The notes beneath the pieces were generated by a model. That model saw only the letters and a list, made by a program, of their open reading frames with translations, ran no database searches and had not been told where the DNA came from. From the NCBI RefSeq assembly GCF_001194135.2, contig NC_069001.1, positions 10,208,902 through 10,272,901 of the forward strand: 64,000 bases of DNA, in the 5' to 3' direction. Source of the DNA: Octopus bimaculoides (lineage: Eukaryota). This document shows, piece by piece, positions 1 to 12,099 of this stretch (positions are counted from its first letter, which is position 1; every line of letters begins with the position of its first letter). A program made the translations under genes and the position numbers.

Positions 1-100
1 TATATATATATGTATGTAGATAGGTAGATAGATAGATAGATAGACAGATAGATAGATAGATTGACTGATCGATTGATAGTTAGCAAGATAAATATATAGC
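1..100. repeat. (TA)n/(GATA)n microsatellite
   Basis: tatatatata...tagatagatagatagagatagacagatagatagata. Confidence 0.95.
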
Positions 101-987
101 TAGGTGCTGACATATAGATGTATACATACATATGCATGTATATGGTGAGCTAATCACAATATTCGGAAGATATTAAATTATGTTGGAAAATATTTAATAC
201 TACTGAATTAATAAAACTTTTACGGATCTTTTTTTTTTTTTAATTAACATGAGCTTCAAATTCAGAAAATTTTATAATTTCCTTCTTATTGCTTCGTCAG
301 AGGATACAGAATCCGCAAACACATCTCTTTTCAAGGCCACTACGTAGAGTGATGGGTAGGTGAATATTATTTCAAAACCAGTGACTAGGCTAAAAGGAAG
401 TGAATAAAATGTACCGTAGATTTGACTGAAATATTCATTGTTATAAAACTTAGTTGGTTTAATCGTTTCTTCTTCGTGTTGTAAATATTTTTGGTTGTCT
501 TTTAATGTGAGATAATGCCATTCACTGACAGTCCAAGGGATATAAAAATGACGAATTAGCAGGGACATTGAAGTATCGCAAGAATAACTTGCGGCGGTTT
601 TCCAGTAGGGTTTACCAGTTCACATGATAGTGGCGTGCTTAAAGATTCTACTAGCTCGCCACCTTAATAATAATAATAATAATGATAATGAGGACGATGA
701 TGGTAATAATAATGATTTCATTTACTTGCTACAAAGGCGAATTCAAAATTACAGAAATTCCAATCCAAAAAATACGAAAGGGAGCCCGTGTGGACGTTTG
801 CTGCTCTCGTTCATATTTTGGATTTGAATTTCTATAATTTTGAATTTTTATTACTTTTTATTATGAACTCGAGGAAGGTTTGCTGTCGAAATTTCGTTCA
901 ACCAATAAAATACCAATTGCAATCGCGTCGCATTCAAGACTCCAGGAGCACCAACAAAATCTGCTATAAAGAGAAAATAATGATACT

Positions 988-998
988 ACTACTACTAC

Positions 999-1036
<38 letters not shown>
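988..1036. repeat. (CTA)n(TAA)n trinucleotide tract abutting the 3' end of a minus-strand SINE-A
   Basis: ctactactactaataataataat...; lies directly next to the SINE tail at 1041. Confidence 0.9.
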
Positions 1037-1040
1037 GTAA

Positions 1041-1251
1041 TCCTTTCTACTATAAGCACAAGGTCTGAAATTTTGGGTGAGGGGTAAGTCGATCACATCG
1101 ACCCCGGTACTTCACTGGTACTTAAGTTATCACTCCGGAAGGCTGAAATGCAAAGTCGACCTCGGCGGAATTTGAACTCAGAACGTAGCTGCAGACGAAA
1201 TACCGCTAAGCATTTCACCCGGCATGCTAGCGTTTCTGCCAGTTTGCTGCT
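1041..1251 (-). mobile_element. tRNA-derived SINE, family A (tail type 2), near full length
   Basis: Reverse complement matches the copy at 42559-42777: head ctggcagaaacgctagcatgccggg, B-box GAGTTCAAATTCC, core gtcgactttgcatttcagccttcc, tail cccaaaatttcagaccttgtgc. Confidence 0.85.
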
Positions 1252-1252
1252 T

Positions 1253-1590
1253 TTCCGCCAAGGTAACACCGACGTCCTCTCAATGATTAGCCAGAGATGA
1301 TTTTTAAAATGAGAATATCTGAAATAAACTCGACTGCTCTCACAAAAGAGAATCCTAAAAATGAAGCCGACCCCTCTCGAAAATTAAGTAAAAAAAAAAA
1401 TGGGAAAATAATCCAGAATCCTTGTCCGATAACGGATCGATGCCAAAATCTACTCAGTTCGTGCCAGTCACGAAGAAAACATCCTTGAGAAGTTTCGTCC
1501 GAATCCATTCAGCCTTTCTTGAGATATTTTGTCCACGGACAAACAAGCAAATAAGCGCGACTGAAAACGAAACTTCCGCCCTCGCTAAAC
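1253..1590 (+). mobile_element. Non-autonomous DNA element, Helentron/HINE-like, copy 1
   Basis: Aligns by eye over about 270 bp with 2258-2536. ttccgcc occurs at both ends (1253, about 1574), and a partial terminal hairpin cttccgccctcgctaa is present. The class assignment comes from recalled motif style only. Confidence 0.5.
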
Positions 1591-2257
1591 CAATACACCC
1601 TACCCTTTTAAGGGGAATAGTTACTTGATTTTGAGTATATTTAGCAGCTATTTCTTGCATACTTTGAAAACGAAAATAGCACATTGCCTTCGATGAAGTC
1701 ATAAAAATGTGTTATTTTGAGAACTAAGCTACCCGCTTATTGTAAAGCTCCAGATTTCAACGATTTTCAAATATATTTATAATAAAATCTAGTATGAAGC
1801 TATATTTGATATTGGAGAAGATATAAAATTAATTTAATTTAGCAAGATATCATAACGGCGTTGGTACTGTACCAAGTTTTGAATTGCACTTTTTGTTTTC
1901 CACTTTTATTTTTATTCATAATTACATTTTCAGTTTTTTACGTTTTCTATTTTTGTATCCCGAGAAAAATAGTATTTGGTCCGTGTTCAGTTTCGTAATT
2001 TCCTTGTAATACTCAAATGTATGCGATGAGGACAGTAATTATAGAGAGGTTTCATGAATAAAAGAATATGGCAGAGTCATAAAGTGACAAGGAATAACTT
2101 GGCTGGGAATAATTATATAATGTAATGTTAGTTGTACATCTGCAACCTAAATGGATGGTATGGATATGAAAAATAGTATAAAACCCGAAGAAATAGTATA
2201 ATAACCAATCAAAGAGAACAGTTATAAAAGAAACAGGAGCACTCAGAGAGCACGAAC

Positions 2258-2536
2258 TTCCACCAAGGCAACACCAACGTCCTCTGAACATTTAGCCGTA
2301 GATGATTTTTAAAATGAGACTGAAATAAACTCGACTGCTCTCAAAAACGAGAATACTAAAAATGATCCCGACCGCTCTCAAAAATTAAGTAAAAAACACA
2401 GGAAAAATAACCCCGAATGCTTGTCCGATACTAGATAGATCTCAAAATCTAATCCGTTTGTGCCAGTCACGGGGACAAACATCCCTGAAATTTTCATCCG
2501 AATGCATTCTGCGGTTCTTGAGATATCTTGTGCACG
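2258..2536 (+). mobile_element. Non-autonomous DNA element, Helentron/HINE-like, copy 2 (3'-truncated)
   Basis: Direct diverged copy of 1253-1540: ccaaggcaacaccaacgtcctct...gtgccagtcacggggacaaacatccctgaaa...ttcttgagatatcttgtgcacg. Confidence 0.5.
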
Positions 2537-3224
2537 CTGAGGTGGAGGTAACAAAGTAATAAGTGCCAAGAAATGGAGAATGAGGAGGGGAGGAGGGAGG
2601 GATTAAAAGTAGAAGTGTGAATGAAAGTGAAACAAAGTTTGATAGTGTGAGAATGCGAAACAGGATAAGATACTATGAAGCAGTTAGGAATATATTGTAA
2701 TATCGATATTGTGGTTTCAGATTTTGGCACTAGACAAGCAGTTTCAAGTTGGGTATAAAGATTGCCTATTGCTAGTGATAGAGTTTCTGTTGCGATTATC
2801 TAATTTTCTGCATCAATGCCTCAAAGAAACCCTGCTATTCCATATAACACTGACAATGAGATTCGACAGGTATGCAGCAGGCGGATATCTCTTACTGAAG
2901 ATGAGCAATGTGGTACGCTCACGTGATCTAGCAGCTCCGGCCCACATGTCAGACGATTTTCGTTTGTTACGATATATGCCTATGATTTTATCCACTATAC
3001 AGCCGTATGAAAACACCTCTCGAAATGCACACTGCGGTACTTGGCGTTCCGACGGAAATATCTACGTTAAGTTGGATATAAAGATTGCCTTTTTGCGCGC
3101 AGATATATATATATATATATATCATATCATATCACTAAATTTTGAGTGAATATATTTCGAGCATCGTAATGAAATGTTGCATCGTTTAACGCCTAAGCAT
3201 GAATGTGCGCGCGTTCATGTATGT

Positions 3225-3278
<54 letters not shown>

Positions 3279-4376
3279 GTGTGCCTGCATATACCTATGA
3301 CATGTATGTAACTGTTTGTGTTTCTGTGTAAATAGCAATGGGGAATATATCATTTAAACATGGAGCTAAAGTATTATTGCGAGCTTTCATCTCGATTTAT
3401 GATTTCACTTTAAGTAATCAAGTACCAGGGGAAGGAAAATGACAACGGATGATGCACACGCGCACACAGAGACAGGCACAAAGGGACACACATAGATACA
3501 CACCAGTATGTAAATATATATCTGTGTGTATTTGTGTGTGTATATATAGCTGCGTTTGTACTTGTGTGTATGCGACTTCGTCTTTGTATGTATTTATATA
3601 AAGTTGAATGTAGCCCTGCCTGCGATCGTACGAATCTTATTTCTCAGCTTCCAATTAACCCAGCTTGTGCGGAGGCTATACTAATTAACTTATCCTGACC
3701 CATTACGGCCGTGCGAGTTTACTTTGCAACGAAACACTTATAGCAACGCTGGAGGTGTAAGAAGATGGGCATTTATGGACGGAGTGGGGGGAAACTAGCG
3801 CAGCCATGGTGAGTAAATGGAAAGTTGAGAAGACAAGAAGAGCATTCTGGGAAATCTCTGTAATGGCTATAACTACGATTTGCAATTATAGATTTTCATT
3901 ACAACTACAAATCAAGCTGCCTAATTAGTTATTAATCTGAGAATATATTAAGCAGGCTGTATTTGTCAGAATCAATAACCAGATAAATTCCGATTGTGTT
4001 ATAAATATAAAATATAACATACCACTTAAAGTTTTCTGTGGATTATATTGATATTTTCTTATAACGCCTAGCCTAAGTGTAATTGAGTTGCGGCTATATT
4101 GGATATGTATGTAGGTATATATGCATGTACGGTATGTATGGTATGTATGTACGTGTGTGCATGTCTATGTATGTATGGAAGGGTGGACAGATAGATGGAT
4201 GGATGATAAATGGATATATGGATGATAAATGTATGAGTGTAAGTATCATGGAATTGATCAACGGTATATTATAAGATAAAAAAAATGCTTAGTGATTACA
4301 CCTAGGCCAATCGAAATCGAGTGGGGTTGGGTGATTTATAACCAAATAGCAGTCAAGGTCGGTTCATCAGTCTCCG

Positions 4377-4548
4377 GTGTTGAGCTGGCAGAATTGTTAA
4401 CGCGCCGGGAAAAATGATTAGCAGTACTTTTTTTTTTGTCATTGCGTTCTGAGTTCAACTTTGCTCTCCGTCCATTCGGGCTCGGTAAATCCGTACCAGC
4501 TTAGTAATCGAGTTGATTTAATCGACTTAGCCACCTCTTTCAAAATAT
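4377..4548 (+). mobile_element. SINE family A, degraded
   Basis: gagctggcagaattgttaacgcgccgg...gcgttctgagttcaactttgc...taatcgactt, with an internal deletion. Confidence 0.7.
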
Positions 4549-5101
4549 TATTCTCATAATTTTCTTTGGCGGCACCGAATGACATTAGCGGCAGAAACGG
4601 CTGTAAGCAATGTTCAAGCTCTTTAGTAAAAAATAATTAAGCGATGGTAGTCAATTTGTTTGCTGATCAAAAGTTTTCTCCATTTTCTGCTCATTTTAAA
4701 TTTGATTCCTGATAAACACTGGTTTATTCTGTTATTACTTATATCCTATGCGCATAGTACGCTTGCATATCCATGCCCAGAGTTAGCATGGGTAATTTAC
4801 ACCGGTAGTAATAACGGATATTCTTATCTCTTAGAAGGTCACTCCAACCGCTAACTCTCCTTACTCATATGTATATATATATATATTAAATTCAAATTAC
4901 GATAAACATAAGCAAACAAACGAAGTTTGCTTTTAGAAGCATTGAGAGGTCTTAGAAAGTTAAAGAAGTGATTTTAAATTCTCAGTCGCAGGATAATGCT
5001 AATAATATAGCCTGAACAGGATAAACTACCACTATTTTGCAGAAAGAAGTGTAGGCGGTTAGATATATACATCTATGCATATATACATATATGTACATAT
5101 A

Positions 5102-5144
<43 letters not shown>

Positions 5145-5163
5145 NNNNNNNNNNNNNNNNNNN

Positions 5164-5195
<32 letters not shown>

Positions 5196-5964
5196 CGTCT
5201 GTTTGAATGCTTAAGTATACAGACATATACATAAATGTGCATTTATGCTTGTTATCGCATATGTGTCTCTCTGCGTGAGCATGTGCACATGTGTACACTT
5301 GACGACAAGGACGGGTGGTTGACGACTAGGTAATTGCTACTGCAGGGTACCAATGTCGAGCAAGGGTAAATCAAATGCACATGAACAATTCGTGTGATAA
5401 GTAGCTTAAAACATAATTTGAAGTCATTTTCTCTTCTGTGAAACCATTAATACTCTACGGAAATATTTGAACAGCAGAAAAAAGGAAAGATAATGTAAGA
5501 ATATGTCCATGGCCAGATACGTTAACGGGGACGAGAAAGATGATTATGGCTTTCGCACAGATCAGGCGCCTCTTCATTGGTATTTGCTTAATGTTGGAAT
5601 TATGTCATAATTTAGAACAGCAGCTCTACTATATTAAGCCTTTGGCCAGCCTCAGCTGCTCAGATCGGTGACTGAAGTAATTTCAGCTGTGATTATCTCG
5701 TTTAATTATCGTATGTAGTTCGATACCGAGATCAGGTTGTTCAAAGTGCATTTTTCACAGTCGTGTGTTTGATTTTTAGTATCTTTCGCAACAGTGCAGA
5801 GCAGTATTTCGCAACCAGTTTTTCCCTATGGTCCACTTTGATTCCTATTTTGCTCAGGTGGACACTCATAGCCGTTTAGTGTATTAAAAAATAATCATAC
5901 TTTTTCTTATAATTAATTATTATTAGGAAGTCTAGAAAGAAATATGTTTAAATATTTTGTGCAT

Positions 5965-6060
5965 TGCAGAAGTATAAGCAGTTTAATGCAGATAAATTTT
6001 AACAACAAAATCTTATTTGGACCCCTAAGGGTCATTTGGATCCCAGCTGCGAACCGCTGT
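5965..6060 (+). mobile_element. hAT/Charlie-type MITE end fragment, copy 1
   Basis: gaagtataagcagtttaatgcagataaa...ggacccctaagggtcatttgga...ctgcgaaccgctg; diverged copy of 6367-6461. Confidence 0.45.
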
Positions 6061-6072
6061 AAATAACTGTTG

Positions 6073-6297
6073 TGTAGATACCCCCAGGCGATAAGTAGGC
6101 TAGTCCTATACGTATAAATAGCTAGACGAAAAGCGTCGAGCAGAGTGCAAGAGCGGCAGAGAGGGAAGAGCCAGACAGAGCCGTCGGTAGACTAGACGTC
6201 GAGTTCGGTAGAGCCGAGTCGTCGGTAGTGAGAGTTTAGTAGAGGTCATCCGCACGTGTGATATAACAATAACCGTAACTGCTATCATTCCCCTACA
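6073..6297 (+). mobile_element. Solo-LTR-like segment
   Basis: Begins TGTAG and ends CTACA (5-bp inverted termini, TG..CA). TATAAATA at 6113-6120, CpG-rich purine-biased body, AATAAC near the 3' end. No TSD found. Confidence 0.4.
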
Positions 6298-6366
6298 TCC
6301 CAAATTTTAAGATATAGGGGAACGATAAGAGTTGGGAATATTTGTTAGAATAACGGTAATGCATAT

Positions 6367-6461
6367 TAAAGAAATATAAGCAATTTATTGCTGATAAACA
6401 ATAACTAAAACATCCGATATAGACCCTCGAGGGCCACATGGACATCGGTTGAGAACCACTG
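6367..6461 (+). mobile_element. hAT/Charlie-type MITE end fragment, copy 2
   Basis: Ends GGTTGAGAACCACTG (6447-6461), the reverse complement of the canonical Charlie-type TIR CAGTGGTTCTCAACC. Confidence 0.6.
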
Positions 6462-6701
6462 CTGAAAAGACTCCTTCGTTTACTTTAGTCTAGAGATATT
6501 TCAAGTAAGATACACGTGTTTTCCGATCGTACATAGTATCAGAAATTCGAGATAAATCACATCCACAGAAGTTAATGGGTTTTAAACAGTATCTAAAGTA
6601 TGGTCGGTTAAATACATCATCTAAAACACTCTAAGAAAAAAAATTTATATGTATATAATCTCATCCAATATTTCCTATCTTTCAGTAGACACAACTACAC
6701 G

Positions 6702-6732
<31 letters not shown>

Positions 6733-6998
6733 ATCAGTGCATATACAAGGTAAACATTGGCGGGAAATTTGTCCTCATAGTCCTTGACTACATAATAACA
6801 ACATCATCATCATCATAAACAATAACAACGACAACAGCAACAGCAACAACAACAAAATACGTACAGAAATGTAGAAACCGCACTAACTTTTTGGGAATCA
6901 TCGAGTAAAACCAAACACAAATAAAACCGTTTACATATATTCACACCAAACACCATACGATTAGGACTCCAGCTTAACCCACACACACACGTACACAT

Positions 6999-7029
<31 letters not shown>

Positions 7030-7399
7030 GATGACCAAACAAAAAATATAAACAATCCTTCAACTATAAAAATTTCACGCGCTTAAGCGCACTACATTAT
7101 TCCTGTAAAGAAATCACAAGATGGAAATGAAATGGTTGTTAGAAAAATCATTTAGTATTCGTTTTGACTCTACAGCAAAAGATAATATAATTATAGACTT
7201 AATATTGATTCAATGTTAATATCTATTGTTATGTAATATTTATTTCCCTCCACCTATCATATTATACTTTGTTACAGTTCTATTATCGATTTTATATTTA
7301 ATAACCAATAGCCCTCATAGCATATGTTCAATATCCATTAGCTCTCATCATATTAGCTATCCATTATCTCAAATGTTGTTTCATATTCGAGATCCATTA

Positions 7400-8011
<612 letters not shown>

Positions 8012-8469
8012 ATAGTCGTTGATATCCATTTTTACTCATAATATATAATATTCAATATCCATTATCTCTCATATTATTTCATATTCAAAAATCCATTAAC
8101 TATAATACCATTGTTGATATCACTTAACTATCACATTTTATTATATTTGATATCCATCTCCCAATATTACCAAATTTGTTGTCCATTATTCTACGTATAT
8201 CCGATCGGATGTCTAATATTATCAATATATCGTGAATGTCGCAACCTCTCGTTCTCCCCACTCCTACATAAATATGGAGATCCTCTTCCAATGGAAAGGT
8301 GTGAGGTAGAAGTAGAGTGCTCAGAATGCGATGTAAGTACGGACTAAATGCATTACATTATTTATTTTCCTGCAATAGTCTAGATCGCAAGTTCAAATGA
8401 AGATGGCGTCAACATCTAATTTTATTCTATTTATTTTATTTATTTTTATTTTGTCATAAATTTTTTTTT

Positions 8470-8635
8470 TTCGACTGTAAGTACAAGAGTTGAAATTTCG
8501 GGATGCGAGGGTTAGTTGATTACATCAACTCCAGATTCTCAACTGCGACTTATTTTATCGTCCCCAAAAGGATTAAAATTTAAGTCAACCGGGGTTGAAT
8601 TTGAACTCAGAACTTAAACATGGAAAAAACGTTAC
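8470..8635 (-). mobile_element. SINE family A, degraded
   Basis: cttattttatcgtccccaaaaggattaaaatttaagtcaaccggggttgaatttgaactcagaac is the reverse complement of the A core and B-box. Confidence 0.7.
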
Positions 8636-8719
8636 TTGATACTCCACCAATTTTTTCCCAAATGATTGGAAAATTATGCGGAAAAGCATTGTCAAAATGA
8701 TGATGTCGATTTAACTTAC

Positions 8720-8879
8720 CATAATGAATTTCCTTCTCCTTGTCATACTGAATTATTCTCCTTCTCAATTATTTATATTCGCTAATTGCCGACGAACAAT
8801 TCACGAATTTCCTTTGACTCTGCGGTTTATCATTACTAGTGTGATTGAATTCAAGGGTCTCTTCTTTGCATTCTTCTTT
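8720..8879 (-). other. Candidate non-coding/UTR exon (160 nt)
   Basis: Minus-strand acceptor ctctatctattttAG and donor ATG|GTAAGT. All three frames contain stops. Confidence 0.35.
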
Positions 8880-9284
8880 CTAAAATAGATAGAGTTTCAT
8901 ATAAATATCACGCGAAACTGCGGTAGCATAATCACATACATAGTTTTTTAGGTAGAGATCAAGATGCATACGCATCACCGTGACTGCATACACATCAAAA
9001 GAAATGGCAACGTATGCAGCTATTAATTACCGGACATAGTCAACGTTTCTCACCTGTATTACACATATTCATTATATCTCGTCTTCAGGGCGATGTTTTG
9101 CGCCAATGATAAGCTAGGAACGTTTACAGTATATGTTTAAAGCCCGTGCTGATCAACTTCACTTTTCATCCAACTTCGATTTATCAATCCCAGATGGATG
9201 AATTTCTATTCCAGTATCAGGTTGAATTTAACTGAGTACAACCTGCCTTCAAAGCTGCCTCAACCGTAACAACATTAAGAAGAA

Positions 9285-9557
9285 ACCGTGAGTTCGATAC
9301 CTGACTACGCTTTGTGTCCTTGAGAAAAGCACTTTATTTTACGTTGTCCAGTTCAAACAGCTGGCATAAATGAGTTGTACCAGTAATTCATAGGGTCAAC
9401 TTTGACACATTTTGTCACACTAAATCTCAATGAGAATTATGTTAAAATCCCATCCATCTGCGGAGTACTCAGCTACTTGCGACTTAATTGCACCAGCCGA
9501 CTGTTCCGTTGATCAGATCAATTGGAACCCTCGTCGTCGTAAAAATACGGAGAGCCA
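9285..9557 (+). mobile_element. SINE with family C head module and family B tail module
   Basis: 9325-9390 matches the reverse complement of 59050-59105 (ttgagcaagacactttatttcacgttgctccagttcactcagctg). 9400-9557 matches the reverse complement of 9880-10050. Confidence 0.75.
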
Positions 9558-9879
9558 ATTTTGAATTCTTATCCATACTACTGCTCTAACCCGTATTTCG
9601 ATGTAGCTGTCGCTGTTATTTTGTTTCTATCCTTTGAACAGGCGAATTCTTAAAAATGTATTCCGGCCACGATCACCCCCGTGTTGTCATTTAACTAACA
9701 CAACATTGCCAACTGCATCTTTCCAATTATTAAGCCAGTAGAGACTGACTTGAGGGATATATCACTACTACTTTTAGCAAAGTGAACAGCCCCAGCAAAG
9801 TGCTGGTATTAGCTCGCTGTTTTTATAAATAATACGACGAACCACCATCCATGCCATTACCATCTATGTTGTTATATGT

Positions 9880-10250
9880 TGGCACTCCATCGCTTAAGAC
9901 GACGAGGGTTCCAGTTGATCCGATCAACGGAACAGCCTGCTCGTCAAATAAACGTGCAAGTGGCTGAGCACTCCACGGACACGTGTACCGTTAACATAGT
10001 TCTCGGGGAATTTCAGCGTGACACAGTGTGACAAGGCTGACCCTTTGAATTACAGGCACAACAGAAACAGGAAGAAAGAGTGAGAGAAAAGTTGTGGTGG
10101 AAGAGTACAGCAGGATTCGCCACCATCCCCTGCCGGAGCCTCGTGGGGCTTTTAGGTGTTTTCGCTCAATAAACACTCACAACGCCCGGTCTGGGAATCG
10201 AAACCGCGATCTTATGACCGCTGCCCTAACGACTGGGCCATTGCGCCTCC
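9880..10250 (-). mobile_element. tRNA-derived SINE, family B, near full length
   Basis: Minus-strand head ggaggcgcaatggcccagtcgttagggcagc...ggtttcgattcccagacc (A/B boxes). High identity to 13129-13466. Confidence 0.9.
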
Positions 10251-10772
10251 CTTCTATAACCGGTCGATATTACCATGTATGATAAAGCAGTTTTAATTTG
10301 TGAGAGGTGGACTCAAATTATAATGTTCCTATTATAAAATTATAGAGTTTATATGCAAACAGACTCCGTTCCGTATAAGTAGCTCTATATTCGTTCTGTA
10401 TCAATATATAATTGTCTTCTCTGACGTTTGCCGAACAGCTCATACTCACATTCACATCGTTATAAGCTCACACACCTACACACGCATATATAAATATATA
10501 TATATGTATATATATGCGTACATAAACTGTAATACATAAACACACGAACAAACACACATATCGCATAGAGGCAACGGTCTCCCGTAGAACATAAGCAATC
10601 ACACAGACATATATATTGTTATATAAAGTATATATGCTGACACGTATGTGTGCGTAGAGATATATATTCATAGGTAAAGTTGATACAATCTGTCAAATTT
10701 ATTAAATCTCGGTGCCAGCTTACGTACGTAGTTGTGTATTTGTGTTTGTCTCAGAGCATAAGGTGTGTATAC

Positions 10773-10836
<64 letters not shown>

Positions 10837-11510
10837 GTGTGTGAAGGAGGGTTGTAACTTATACGTGAGTTTATTGCGTGTTAACTTGTGTAGAGTGTGT
10901 CGATATATGTAAATAAGCTTCTATACAGATATGAGTATGTTTATAAGCAATCACTATCAATTTAGCTTTTTCATTTTGTCTCCTTTTACTGACGCATGCG
11001 TACCAGATGTTATAATTTTATCTTCAAATCTAGCGCTTAATATTTCAGATTGAAAGCAAATAATTCAACGGATTGCAATTCGGTTTTAATGGTTCGCTAG
11101 TTTAATCTGTAACAGCTGTGTCTTCTATAAATTTCACCGAATTATTAAGGCCTATTTACTTTCAATATATGTATGTATCTTGAATTTTCTCTTTTCTACA
11201 TCTAAACTAGATAGAGCAGGAAGTTATTTAAGCTTTGTTTGTTATCAATACCGGGGCTTGATATGCAGTTATGTATATGTAGGTTTGTGTGTGTGTATGT
11301 GTGTGTGTATGTGTGTGTGTATGAGAATATATTCACGCCTGTGTATACGTACGTAGGTATGAATGTATGTCGCTATGAACATTCATATATTAATCTATCT
11401 ACGTCTATAACTATATATTAATATATCAGTATATATACACACACACCAATGTATAACACACATCCGTATGTGTATCTGTATGCTATATTTATACATACAC
11501 ACATGCATAT

Positions 11511-11552
<42 letters not shown>

Positions 11553-11920
11553 NNNNNNNNNNNNNNNNNNNNNNNNNNNNNNNNNNNNNNNNNNNNNNNN
11601 NNNNNNNNNNNNNNNNNNNNNNNNNNNNNNNNNNNNNNNNNNNNCAGGAAGAGAAAGTTTTGAGATCGGATACAAGACAAATCTCATGTGGGATTTCTTT
11701 AATAGAGACATATCTCTTCTATTGAAACTAATGAAGACAATGACATATACTTTGCCCCCCCCCCCGCGACTTCCCTAGAGTATTTTTTCCTACAAGTTGT
11801 TGCTGCGAAGTTGATAATCTCAGATATAGTTCATGTCTTTATTATTGTTGTGTGCTAAAATGGAATTCCATTTTAGCCCTCAATAAATAAATCTGTCATC
11901 TTAGTTTTTTTAAATGTTTC

Positions 11921-12097
11921 AGTTTTTAGACCGCGGCCATGCTTTGGCACCCTCTTGAAGAAGAACATTTTTGTTGGGTGTTTTGAACCTGGTCGTCTTT
12001 CTTTTCCTTTTCAAGCCTGGTACTTATGGCATCAACTTCTGTTTCCGAAACAGCTGAGTTATGCGGACGTAAACAAACAAACAGCGGTTGTCAGGCA
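11921..12097 (-). mobile_element. SINE family D, 3' half (variant)
   Basis: gaccgcggccatgc...aagcctggtactta...ccgaaacagctgagttatgcggacgtaaac matches 38495-38640. Confidence 0.7.
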
Positions 12098-12099
12098 CT

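Noticed and set aside
272-568. 98-aa minus-strand ORF as a gene
   Set aside because: No recognisable domain or splice context; the only hint is a decayed motif in a different frame.
2581-2602. G-rich run gaggaggggaggagggaggg as a G-quadruplex
   Set aside because: It has only three runs of three or more G and fits ordinary purine-rich low complexity.
2709-3149. 146-codon ORF
   Set aside because: It starts at a non-ATG codon, ends in a TA repeat and has no recognisable motif.
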